A DNA stretch of 64,000 nt, taken from contig WRKU01000005.1 in assembly GCA_009777935.1 (NCBI GenBank), positions 4,102-68,101 of the forward strand. Direction: 5' to 3'. The translations under genes and the position numbers were made by a program. The notes beneath the pieces are model-generated. The model was not told the DNA's origin. It worked only from the letters and a program-made list of their open reading frames with translations, and did not search any database. Shown here piece by piece: positions 9,458 through 18,049 of this stretch. Position 1 is the stretch's first letter; the number at the start of each line of letters is the position of its first letter. The DNA comes from Coriobacteriia bacterium. GTDB lineage: Bacteria > Actinomycetota > Coriobacteriia > WRKU01.

Positions 9458-10381
9458 ATGGCACACGTTGCATTTACTAAGATGGAAGGCCTCGGCAACG
9501 ATTTTATCGTTATCGATGACTTCGCCGACGAACACTGCTTTACTCCAGATGAAATAGTTCGTCTGTGTGATCGCCACTTCGGGATTGGTGCTGACGGAGT
9601 CATCGTGTTGCGCGCACCCGAGAGCTCCGATGCCGATGCCCGGTGGGAGTTCTTCAACGCCGATGGCTCACGTGCCGAAATGTGCGGCAACGGCATTCGG
9701 TGTGCCGCGCGCTTTCTTGCTGAAAGCGACCATCTTTCGAACGATCTTTCGAACAATCTGTCGAACGATACCAAAAAGCACCGTGCAGATGACGTCACCG
9801 AAGTCGCCATCGAAACGGCAGCTGGCGTGCGTCGTGTAGCGATTAATCGTGCTCAGGACGGGACGTTTGAGTCGGCGGCGGTCACGATGGGTGCACCCAT
9901 CTTCGAGCCGGCACAGGTGCCGACGACGTTTGAGGCAAACAGCGCGCATGGTGTGCGTAACTACCCCTTAACCGAAAAGTTTACTATCTCAGCGCTCTCG
10001 ATGGGCAACCCTCATGTAGTTATCGATGTGGCCGAACTGGATATGAAGCTTGAAGAGGTGCCGGTCCACAGTTTTGGCAAACTCATCGGGATGAACGTAG
10101 CCTTTCCCGAAGGCGTGAACGTCGGATTCTATGAGGTGCTGGAGAGTAGGGGAGACTGCATCGCGTTGCGCGTATGGGAGCGCGGCTGCGGTGAGACCCT
10201 TGCGTGCGGTACGGGTGCCTGTGCGGCAGCGGTCACCGCGCTGTTGAGCAAGCAGGTCTCATCTCCGGTTACGGTGATGCTACTCGGCGGTAATCTCACG
10301 ATAGATATTGAGCCCGATATAAGCGAAGTCACGATGACGGGACCGGCTGAGGTCGTATATCATGGTACGATGGTTCTCTAG
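9458..10381 (+). CDS. dapF: Diaminopimelate epimerase
   Basis: GLGNDF N-terminus and both catalytic-Cys motifs (EMCGNGIRC, ETLACGTGA). Confidence 0.9.
   Translation: MAHVAFTKMEGLGNDFIVIDDFADEHCFTPDEIVRLCDRHFGIGADGVIVLRAPESSDADARWEFFNADGSRAEMCGNGIRCAARFLAESDHLSNDLSNNLSNDTKKHRADDVTEVAIETAAGVRRVAINRAQDGTFESAAVTMGAPIFEPAQVPTTFEANSAHGVRNYPLTEKFTISALSMGNPHVVIDVAELDMKLEEVPVHSFGKLIGMNVAFPEGVNVGFYEVLESRGDCIALRVWERGCGETLACGTGACAAAVTALLSKQVSSPVTVMLLGGNLTIDIEPDISEVTMTGPAEVVYHGTMVL
9734..9769 (+). repeat. In-frame 12-nt tandem repeat (x3) inside dapF encoding LSND-LSNN-LSND
   Basis: CTTTCGAACGAT / CTTTCGAACAAT / CTGTCGAACGAT are read directly from the sequence. Confidence 0.9.
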
Positions 10382-10421
10382 CATGGCTTGATAGACACGG
10401 TCGTAACGGAAGGGAAGCACT

Positions 10422-11588
10422 ATGTCTTTTGGCGCTACACGTCTCAACAATCTACCCCCGTATCTCTTTGCTGAGATCGACCGCAAGCGCGATGAGTTGC
10501 TTGCGCAAGGCCACGATGTGATCTCGTTGGGGATTGGGGACCCCGATATGCCCACGTTCGACCATATCGTCGCGCGCATGAAAGACGCTATCGATGATCC
10601 GGCCAACCATCGCTATCCCAGCTATGCCGGTGCGCCACGTTATCGCCAGGCGTGTGCCGAGTTTATGCAGTGTCGTTTTGGTGTGACGCTCGATGCGAAC
10701 AGCGAAGTGCTCGCACTCATTGGCTCAAAAGAGGGCATCGCCAACCTATTTCCGGCCTTCGTCGACCCCGGCCATTACACGCTAATCCCCGGTGTGGGCT
10801 ATCCGGTCTATAGTGGTGGCGGGATCATCAATGACTCGCTCGAACACTGGATGCCAATGAACGAGGAAAATGGCTGGCTCGCCGACTTCGAAGCAACACC
10901 GCCGGCGATATTGGCCAAGGCGCAGATGATGATACTGAGCTACCCTAACAACCCGACGAGTGCGATAGCGCCGGTTGAGTACTTTGACCGCGCGATTGCC
11001 TTTGCGCGTGAGCACGGCCTGCTCCTTGTACACGATAACGCGTACGCCGATATCACCTTCGATGGTTACGTTGCGCCGAGTATCCTCGAGCGCCCCGGCG
11101 CGCGGGAATGCTGCATTGAGCTGTTCTCGACCTCGAAGAGCTACAATATGACCGGATGGCGCGCGGCCTTTGCAGCCGGAAATGCCGAAGCTATCAAGCA
11201 GCTCGGTATCGTCAAATCAAATATCGACAGCGGTATCTTTACTGCGGTGCAAGACGCAGCGATCGAAGCGTTCCTTGGCCCTCAAGATGACGTTGAGCGC
11301 ATGAAAGCGATCTATCAGGAGCGGCGTGATGCTGTGCTGCAGACGCTTGAGGCGATGGGCATTAAGGCCGTTGCCTCGAAGGGAACGATATTTATCTGGG
11401 CGCAGGTGCCGGAAGGACACACGAGCGCAGAGTACGCCGAGAAGGTGCTGATGGAAGCACACGTCATCATCGCACCGGGTACGGCGTATGGACCCGATGG
11501 GGAAGGCTACTTCCGGATTTCGTTGGCGACGCCGACGGAAAGGTTGCTCGAAGCGCTCGACAGGATGAGCGCTCTCGGCTCCGCCTAA
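10422..11588 (+). CDS. dapL: LL-diaminopimelate aminotransferase (class I PLP aminotransferase, DapL-type)
   Basis: N-terminus RLNNLPPYLFAEID..K and PLP-lysine motif SKSYNMTGWR, adjacent to dapF. The substrate assignment is an inference from synteny. Confidence 0.75.
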   Translation: MSFGATRLNNLPPYLFAEIDRKRDELLAQGHDVISLGIGDPDMPTFDHIVARMKDAIDDPANHRYPSYAGAPRYRQACAEFMQCRFGVTLDANSEVLALIGSKEGIANLFPAFVDPGHYTLIPGVGYPVYSGGGIINDSLEHWMPMNEENGWLADFEATPPAILAKAQMMILSYPNNPTSAIAPVEYFDRAIAFAREHGLLLVHDNAYADITFDGYVAPSILERPGARECCIELFSTSKSYNMTGWRAAFAAGNAEAIKQLGIVKSNIDSGIFTAVQDAAIEAFLGPQDDVERMKAIYQERRDAVLQTLEAMGIKAVASKGTIFIWAQVPEGHTSAEYAEKVLMEAHVIIAPGTAYGPDGEGYFRISLATPTERLLEALDRMSALGSA

Positions 11589-11606
11589 ACGCGAGCTCTG
11601 CCCAAC

Positions 11607-12254
11607 TCACAGCTTGGCGCGAATTAAACCCTTCGCAACGCCTGCGATGGAGAAGTCACCGTCGGTGATAATAATCGGCTCGTAGGCATCGTTTTCGGGT
11701 TGCAGACGTATCGTAGAACCCTCGCGGTAGTACCGCTTGACCGTTGCCTCGCCCTCGATGAGTGCAACGACGATTTCACCGTTGTCGGCCGTCTGCTGCT
11801 GGCGTACGATAATGAGATCGCCATCGAAGATGCCGGCCTCCGACATCGAGTCGCCCTTCACCTTGAGTAGAAATGAGGCGCCGCGCACGAGTGCGCTGGG
11901 GCAGGGGATTGTGTCGACGATATTTTCCTCAGCCAAAATGGGAGCACCGGCGGCAACTTGGCCGATGAGCGGAAGTTCGATAATCTCGATAGGAACCTGT
12001 GGCGCAGCGGCTTGCGACACGTTGAAGCGCTCGCGTGGGAACTCAAGAGCACGCGGCTTGTTGGGGTCACGCTTGAGATATCCTCGTGCTTCAAGTGCGT
12101 GAAGATGCGTATGGATCGTGCTCGTAGAGGTCTTATTGAGTCCGGCCATAATCTCGCGCACCGTGGGGGGATAGCCCTTCGCACGTGTCTGCGCCAAGAC
12201 ATAGTCGTAGACCTCTTGTTGTTTGTTGCTCAGTGGTCGGCCGGTGTCTGCCAT
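11607..12254 (-). CDS. lexA: SOS repressor LexA
   Basis: N-terminal wHTH (GYPPTVREI), cleavage site VAAG, and S24 peptidase Ser/Lys motifs (GDSM ... VKR). Confidence 0.95.
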   Translation of the reverse strand: MADTGRPLSNKQQEVYDYVLAQTRAKGYPPTVREIMAGLNKTSTSTIHTHLHALEARGYLKRDPNKPRALEFPRERFNVSQAAAPQVPIEIIELPLIGQVAAGAPILAEENIVDTIPCPSALVRGASFLLKVKGDSMSEAGIFDGDLIIVRQQQTADNGEIVVALIEGEATVKRYYREGSTIRLQPENDAYEPIIITDGDFSIAGVAKGLIRAKL

Positions 12255-12309
12255 CAGAAACTCCTTTCACGCGAGCAATCGAGATAAAACAACGATTGAC
12301 CCCAGTATA

Positions 12310-12321
12310 GAACAAGAGTTC
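12310..12321. promoter_or_regulatory. LexA operator (GAAC-N4-GTTC) in the lexA/nrdR divergent region
   Basis: GAACAAGAGTTC lies 56 nt upstream of the lexA start. Confidence 0.65.
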
Positions 12322-12330
12322 GTAGTGCGC

Positions 12331-12344
12331 AAACAGACGTTCGC
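12331..12344. promoter_or_regulatory. Second, imperfect LexA operator half-matched to the Cheo box
   Basis: AAACAGACGTTCGC has one mismatch to GAAC-N4-GTTC and lies 10 nt from the first box. Confidence 0.4.
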
Positions 12345-12417
12345 AATCTGTTACGGAACCTGAGCTAGACGCTCTCGACAAAACTCGGTATAGTGGTACG
12401 TAACCGAAGGGGGTACG

Positions 12418-12864
12418 ATGCGCTGCCCGCAGTGCGAAGCAGATGATACGAAGGTCGTCGATTCACGTACGACAGAGACGGCCGATGCCATCAGGCGGCG
12501 CAGGGAGTGCCTCACCTGTGCGGAGCGTTTTACCACGTATGAGCGGCGCGAGGACCAACCGCTCACCGTCATCAAAAAAGGCGGCGAGTACGAACCGTTT
12601 GATCGTACCAAACTCATGCGTGGGCTGAGAACTGCGTGTATCAAGCGTCCCGTGACGGCCGAACAGCTTAACTCTCTCATTACCGACATCACCAACGAAC
12701 TCCAGAACGAAGGAACGTCTGAGATTGCGTCGACCGTACTTGGCGACCGGGTGCTCGTGCGCTTGCGAGAGCTCGATGCCGTTGCCTATGTGCGTTTTGC
12801 GAGCGTCTATAGAGATTTTCAGGATATCGATGGATTCACCGATGAGCTTCGAGACCTGCGATGA
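12418..12864 (+). CDS. nrdR: Transcriptional repressor NrdR
   Basis: MRCPQCEADDTKVVDSR zinc ribbon plus an ATP-cone domain. Confidence 0.95.
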   Translation: MRCPQCEADDTKVVDSRTTETADAIRRRRECLTCAERFTTYERREDQPLTVIKKGGEYEPFDRTKLMRGLRTACIKRPVTAEQLNSLITDITNELQNEGTSEIASTVLGDRVLVRLRELDAVAYVRFASVYRDFQDIDGFTDELRDLR

Positions 12865-13313
12865 GCGAGGTGCTCTCGCTACCGATAACGCGCGTCGACA
12901 GCGCGTGCGACGTCGAGCTACCTGCCTACGCGCATGCCGGAGATGCCGGGCTCGATCTGCGCGCTGCACAAGCAACAACGATACCCCCTTTTGAGCGTAC
13001 CCTTATCCCGACAGGCCTCTGCATGGCGATTCCGGCCGGTCACGCAGGGCTGGTGTTGCCACGTAGTGGCCTCGCTATTAAGCACGGGTTGACGCTCATC
13101 AATACGCCCGGCCTCATCGATGCCGGCTACCGAGGCGAAGTCAAGATCGCCGTCGTCAATCTCGACCCTCACACGCCGGTCAAAATACAGGTCGGAGACC
13201 GCATCGCTCAGCTGCTCGTTGTTCCATTTGCGCAGGTCAAGACGGTGCAAGTCGATGCTCTCGACGACACGCAGCGCGGTGGCGGTGGTTTTGGCTCAAG
13301 TGGAATAGGGTAG
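12861..13313 (+). CDS. dut: dUTP diphosphatase
   Basis: Trimeric dUTPase motifs AGLDL, PRSG, GLIDAGYRGE, plus RGGGGFGSSG. 4-nt overlap with nrdR. Confidence 0.95.
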   Translation: MSEVLSLPITRVDSACDVELPAYAHAGDAGLDLRAAQATTIPPFERTLIPTGLCMAIPAGHAGLVLPRSGLAIKHGLTLINTPGLIDAGYRGEVKIAVVNLDPHTPVKIQVGDRIAQLLVVPFAQVKTVQVDALDDTQRGGGGFGSSGIG

Positions 13314-13325
13314 GAGGCTACCAAA

Positions 13326-14693
13326 ATGCTCGATCGTTTTTTTCATATTACTGCGCGTGGCTCAACGATATCGACTGAGTTACTTGCGGGGCTCACCACG
13401 TTTTTAACGATGGTCTATATCGTGTTCGTGAACCCAACGATTCTCAGTAACTTTGGAGGTGCTCTGCAGGCCGAACAGGGTGCGCCCTGGGAGGGCGTCT
13501 TCATTGCGACCTGCATTATCTCGGCGGTATTCACGCTGTTGATGGGGCTTGTGGCCAACCGTCCGGTTGCGATGAGTGTGGCGCTGGGACTCAATGCGGT
13601 CGTCGCATTTGGCATCGTGCTCGGCATGGGCTATCCCTGGCAGGTGGGGATGGCCGTCTGCATGCTTGCCGGTCTGGCCTCGATTGTGCTGATGGCAACG
13701 GGGATACGCACACGCATCATGGATGCGATACCACTGACATTACGTCGCGCGATGGGTGCCGGCATTGGCCTCTTCATCGCCTTCATTGGCCTGCAAAATG
13801 GAGGTGTTGTCGTCCACGATGAGGGCACGCTCCTTGCGCTTGGCCCGCTGAGTAGTCCCGGGGTTATCGTTGCGCTCGTCAGCATTGCAGCAATCGTACT
13901 CCTGTCGGTGCTCAAGGTGCGTGGCGCGTTTTTGATCGGCATTGCGATTGCGACAGCTACCGCGTTTTTGTGTGGTATTGGGGAGCTACCGACCTCAATC
14001 GCGCAGATCCCGTCACTCGATACCGCCTTTACGACGTTTGGGGCGCCGTTTCAACTCGTTGAAGAGGGTACGCTCGCCGTCGTTGTCGTCATCACGAATC
14101 TCTCGCTTATGCTGATGGTCTTTTCGTTTCTGATGGTCGATCTCTTTGAGACGACCGGCACGCTCGTTGCGGTGGGCGAGGAAGCCGGCTTTGTCCACGA
14201 GGATGGCACGATCGAGGACGCCAAAAAGATGTTTTGGATTGACTCGATCGGTTCGTTCTCAGGTGGACTCGTCGGGTCGAGCACCCTAACCTGTTACGTT
14301 GAATCGGGCGCCGGTATCGCCGAGGGCGGCCGCACCGGACTTTCTAACATAGTGGTGAGCGTAGGCTTTGTGTTGACGATACTCTTCATGCCGATTGCCG
14401 GTATGGTGCCGGCAGAGGCGACGGCCGGTGCGCTTGTGATGGTGGGGCTTCTGATGTGTCAGTCCGTCGCATTCATCGATTGGTTCGACCTGGAGACGGC
14501 CGCACCGGCATTTCTCATGATGATTATGATTCCATTGACGAGCAGCATTGCCGTTGGTATCGGGCTTGGTGTGGTGGCACACGTGGCTATCAAGGCGTTT
14601 CGAGGCAAAGCGCGTGAGGTGCACGGGATACTCTGGTGTGTCGCCGCTGCGTACTTGTTACTGTTTATCCTGATGGGCCTCGGGCTTGTATAA
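13326..14693 (+). CDS. NCS2/AzgA-family purine (adenine/guanine/hypoxanthine) permease
   Basis: About 455 aa polytopic protein with the F.I..RGST...E..AG.TTF.TM.YI..VNP N-terminus typical of PbuG/AzgA permeases. Confidence 0.85.
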   Translation: MLDRFFHITARGSTISTELLAGLTTFLTMVYIVFVNPTILSNFGGALQAEQGAPWEGVFIATCIISAVFTLLMGLVANRPVAMSVALGLNAVVAFGIVLGMGYPWQVGMAVCMLAGLASIVLMATGIRTRIMDAIPLTLRRAMGAGIGLFIAFIGLQNGGVVVHDEGTLLALGPLSSPGVIVALVSIAAIVLLSVLKVRGAFLIGIAIATATAFLCGIGELPTSIAQIPSLDTAFTTFGAPFQLVEEGTLAVVVVITNLSLMLMVFSFLMVDLFETTGTLVAVGEEAGFVHEDGTIEDAKKMFWIDSIGSFSGGLVGSSTLTCYVESGAGIAEGGRTGLSNIVVSVGFVLTILFMPIAGMVPAEATAGALVMVGLLMCQSVAFIDWFDLETAAPAFLMMIMIPLTSSIAVGIGLGVVAHVAIKAFRGKAREVHGILWCVAAAYLLLFILMGLGLV

Positions 14694-14819
14694 ATTGCTC
14701 GCGGACGCATGTCATTCCGTTAGCCTTATATAAGATAAATGTCTGATAATGTATGTTATGTGAATTTTATGACTAACGCCAAAGATAAGATCACAGAACC
14801 AACTTCTGCTTCCCGCACG

Positions 14820-15287
14820 TCACAACAAAAATGATGTTCCTTCGTCCTCCAGTGCCGCAACATTCACTCCAAAGTGACGTGCGGCCACCATGGTAAGCTC
14901 ACGTGCCTTACTATAGTAGTTAACAAGCTTCTGCATCGACTCTGCGTCTATACATCGTGCGTCGACCTCCCACACGCCGTCGCTCTGTAGCGCTGCGTCC
15001 CGTATCGCTTCGTAGGTCATGAACTCTGCCCGACATATGCGGGCATCCTCAATACAAGCGATGAGAAGAAAACAGATATCCCCGACGGCATCACGCGCCA
15101 CCTCAAGCTCGCGGACGCGTGTCATCCCGTTAACCTCAGCGAGTACCCCACGCATCTCCTCGAGCGCCTGTATCGCCATCGTTTCTTCCAGATAGCCCTC
15201 TTGGGCAGTGCACATGTCGATGTAGGACCTTACCTGCAAGAGCATTCGTGCCAGCAGCTCGGTCCGGCGCACTCCGGCAGCGGCCAC
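14820..15287 (-). CDS. Hypothetical protein (helical, no recognised domain), translationally coupled to the MerR gene
   Basis: 155-aa ORF whose GTG overlaps the MerR TAG by 1 nt (TAGTG). Codon usage looks native. No motif recognised. Confidence 0.5.
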   Translation of the reverse strand: MAAAGVRRTELLARMLLQVRSYIDMCTAQEGYLEETMAIQALEEMRGVLAEVNGMTRVRELEVARDAVGDICFLLIACIEDARICRAEFMTYEAIRDAALQSDGVWEVDARCIDAESMQKLVNYYSKARELTMVAARHFGVNVAALEDEGTSFLL

Positions 15288-15982
15288 TAGAGCAGCCCTT
15301 GCATGCGCTCGTGGAGTGCCTTGCTCGCAAGACGCGCTTTGAGGCTTGCCGTCAACCCGCCTATCTCGCGCAAGGCTTCGGCGAGTCGCTTTGCGGAGAC
15401 CTCGGTGCGGATATGGTACGTTGGCGCCAGAATCTGATAGTAGTAGTCGGCCTCTTTGTGAGAAAAGTTCGCATAGAGCGTCTTAAGGTGACGCGGTTCA
15501 ACGCCGTAACTCTTGAGCTCCCACGCTTCACGGGCAATCTGCGCGTCGTTACCATCGAGATAGTCACCGCTCCGTCCGCTCTGGACGGTGATTATCGAGT
15601 ACTCGGCGAGTTCACGAATGAACGAATCGGTGATGCCGAGTTCGGTGTGGATGTTGACGAGTAACAGCCGACTCTGCATATCTTCGCGGTATTGATCGGC
15701 AAGATCGGTCTCCGCGGCCTGTGTCTCACCTGCTTCGTCGAGATCGTCGAGGCGCTCACGAATAATTGACAGCGGCAGAAAGTTCTCGCTTTGCCACAGC
15801 AGAATAGTGCGGATGCGTTCGACGTGTTCGCGTGAGTATTTGCGGTATCCGCTCGGGGTGCGATCGGGCGTGACGAGTCCCTCATCTTCAAGGTAGCGCA
15901 GCTTTGAGACGGCGAGATCGGGGTATTCGGGCGCAAGGTGTGCAACGACCTCGCTAATGGTCAGATAGGTGGCATCCGACAT
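15287..15982 (-). CDS. MerR-family transcriptional regulator (FtsR/Rv1828-like position)
   Basis: MerR HTH (LTISEVV......KLRYLEDEGLV.P.RT.SGYR.YS) at the N-terminus. ATG at 15982 after AAGGGTAGGG. It is downstream of an FHA protein and gcv genes, as in Mycobacterium and Corynebacterium. Confidence 0.8.
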   Translation of the reverse strand: MSDATYLTISEVVAHLAPEYPDLAVSKLRYLEDEGLVTPDRTPSGYRKYSREHVERIRTILLWQSENFLPLSIIRERLDDLDEAGETQAAETDLADQYREDMQSRLLLVNIHTELGITDSFIRELAEYSIITVQSGRSGDYLDGNDAQIAREAWELKSYGVEPRHLKTLYANFSHKEADYYYQILAPTYHIRTEVSAKRLAEALREIGGLTASLKARLASKALHERMQGLL

Positions 15983-15989
15983 AGCCGCC

Positions 15990-16442
15990 CTACCCTTTAG
16001 CGTTACGGGAAAATGCGAGGTGAAAGGTGCCGATTTGGATTTCGTCACCGTTATGAAGTTCGGCTTCGTCGACGCAGACGCCGTTGACGTACGTACCATT
16101 GAGCGAACCGGCATCACGAATGATGACGGTGTCACCTCGATGCGCAATCGTCGCGTGCTCGCGGCTGACGGTCATGTCGTTAAGAAAGATGTCAGCATTG
16201 ACATCACGGCCGAGCACAATCTCTTCAGGCTGAATCGTAAATATCTCGCCGACGCTTGGCCCCTTGGTGATAACGAGCATGAAATCATCGTGAACCGGCA
16301 GGTTAATCTGCACATTTCCCGCGCCTACATCCCCCACCGGCGTGAACGTCGTGGTCGACTGCGTGACCTCCTGCGAGCAACGCGCACAGAGCGTCGCGGC
16401 ACCCTCGAAATCAGTACCGCAGGCTTTGCAGATCGCCGACAC
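15990..16442 (-). CDS. FHA-domain protein with N-terminal CxxC...CxxC zinc ribbon
   Basis: CKACG...CARC followed by an FHA core (LGR....DI.L.D..VSREHA.I......I.D.GSLNGT.VNG). Confidence 0.85.
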   Translation of the reverse strand: MSAICKACGTDFEGAATLCARCSQEVTQSTTTFTPVGDVGAGNVQINLPVHDDFMLVITKGPSVGEIFTIQPEEIVLGRDVNADIFLNDMTVSREHATIAHRGDTVIIRDAGSLNGTYVNGVCVDEAELHNGDEIQIGTFHLAFSRNAKG

Positions 16443-16444
16443 GG

Positions 16445-16660
16445 TTACTCCTTGCTGTCAAGCCGCATGGCACGCAGCTCTTCCTCGTACGCGCGCAAGA
16501 GATCCGGATCTTCGAGCAAGCTACTACGCTGCTCTTTAGGGAAGCGGTTACGCACATACGGGTCACAGAGAACATCGAAAAGCTGGCGCCCCTCCTGAAG
16601 CTCGCGGATAATGTAGCCGACGACACGTTCCTCGACGGCGTTATCGTTGAAAATAGGCAT
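16445..16660 (-). CDS. Small hypothetical protein (71 aa)
   Basis: The ORF fits exactly between gcvPB and the FHA gene, leaving a 2-nt gap to the FHA start. No recognised motif. Confidence 0.45.
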   Translation of the reverse strand: MPIFNDNAVEERVVGYIIRELQEGRQLFDVLCDPYVRNRFPKEQRSSLLEDPDLLRAYEEELRAMRLDSKE

Positions 16661-16711
16661 GAGGTTCCCTCCTCGGTGACTTGAGCGAGTTATCTACCCC
16701 TATTGTACCAC

Positions 16712-18049
16712 TCATGAAGGGTTGGTCGCGGGCAAATCTGCCACAACAACATCGCGCGCAGCGGCCGTCTCGTCGAGCCGCCGTACGGGAAGCGTCTGTG
16801 GCGCCGCATGCAGCATCGCAGGATTGCTCGACGCTTCGGTCGCAATGGCCCGCATCGCCTCAATGAACGCATCGAGCGTCTTAAGCGGTTCGGTTTCGGT
16901 CGGCTCGATCATCATGCACTCGTCAACGATGAGCGGAAAATAGACGGTCGGTGGATGAAAACCATAGTCGAGCAGGCGTTTTGCTATATCAAGGGTGCGA
17001 ACACCGGACTCCTTTTTCTGGCGTGTGCCACTTAGCACGAACTCGTGCATGCAGGGACGATCGTAAGGCATATCGAACGCGTCACGCAGCTGGGTGCGCA
17101 CGTAGTTCGCCGAAATAATGGCCTGCTCGCTCACCTCACGCAATCCTTCGGCACCGAGCGCTTTAAGGTAGGCATACGCGCGCACAAGTACGCTAAAGTT
17201 ACCGTACCATGAGCGTACGCGTCCAATGGTGTGCGCAGGCGTCTCAAAGACGTAGTTTTCTTCGCGCAACGCCACGACCGGCGTCGGCAGATAAGGAGCA
17301 AGCTCACTCGTCACGCAGACGGGACCTGCCCCCGGACCTCCCCCACCGTGTGGCGCCGCGAACGTCTTATGGAGGTTGATGTGCAGTGCGTCAAAGCCGG
17401 CCTCTGCGATACGCGTGATGCCCATGAGCGCGTTGAGGTTTGCGCCGTCACAGTAGGCAAACGCACCGACGTCGTGCGCCATCGCGGTGATTTTACCGAT
17501 ATCGGGTTCGAAGAGGCCGAGCGTATTCGGGTTCGTAAGCATGAGTGCAGCTACGTCGGTGTCGAGCACCTCGCGTAGTGCATCGAGGTCAATCGTGCCG
17601 TTTTCGTTCGAGGCGACCGTTATCGTCTTGTAGCCGCAGAGTGCGACCGTCGCCGGGTTCGTGCCGTGAGCCGTGTCGGGAATAATAACGGTTTGGCGGG
17701 CATCACCGCGTGCTTCGAGTGCTGCGCGAAACATCATGAGTGCGGTGTACTCGCCGTGTGCACCGGCCGCCGGTGCGAGCGTCGTTGCGGCAAAGCCGGT
17801 TATCTCGGCAAGATCGGCTGCAAGCTCGTACATAAGTCTCAGCGCGCCCTGAGCGGTGGCGATTGGCTGGGCTGGGTGGAGCGCGGTAAAGCCCTCAAGG
17901 CGGCAGAGATCCTCGTTAACGCGCGGGTTATACTTCATCGTGCACGATCCGAGTGGATACATGCCGGTATCGAGACCAAAATTGCGCGATGCGAGATACT
18001 GGTAGTGGCGCATGACCTCGATTTCAGATTTACCGGGCGGAAGCGGCAT
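16712..18049 (-). CDS. gcvPB: Glycine dehydrogenase (decarboxylating) subunit 2
   Basis: PLGSCTMKYNP and the PLP site HINLHKTF..PHGGGGPG. Confidence 0.95.
   Translation of the reverse strand: MPLPPGKSEIEVMRHYQYLASRNFGLDTGMYPLGSCTMKYNPRVNEDLCRLEGFTALHPAQPIATAQGALRLMYELAADLAEITGFAATTLAPAAGAHGEYTALMMFRAALEARGDARQTVIIPDTAHGTNPATVALCGYKTITVASNENGTIDLDALREVLDTDVAALMLTNPNTLGLFEPDIGKITAMAHDVGAFAYCDGANLNALMGITRIAEAGFDALHINLHKTFAAPHGGGGPGAGPVCVTSELAPYLPTPVVALREENYVFETPAHTIGRVRSWYGNFSVLVRAYAYLKALGAEGLREVSEQAIISANYVRTQLRDAFDMPYDRPCMHEFVLSGTRQKKESGVRTLDIAKRLLDYGFHPPTVYFPLIVDECMMIEPTETEPLKTLDAFIEAMRAIATEASSNPAMLHAAPQTLPVRRLDETAAARDVVVADLPATNPS

Noticed and set aside
13314-13325. Looked for a purine riboswitch upstream of the purine permease
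   Set aside because: Only 12 nt separate dut and the permease, so there is no room for an aptamer. The gene is probably co-transcribed with nrdR-dut.
14739-14837. 32-codon ORF (MSDNVCYVNFMTNAKDKITEPTSASRTSQQK) in the AT-rich spacer
   Set aside because: It has no RBS, overlaps the 3' end of the convergent gene, and is too short to assess without comparative or ribosome-profiling data.
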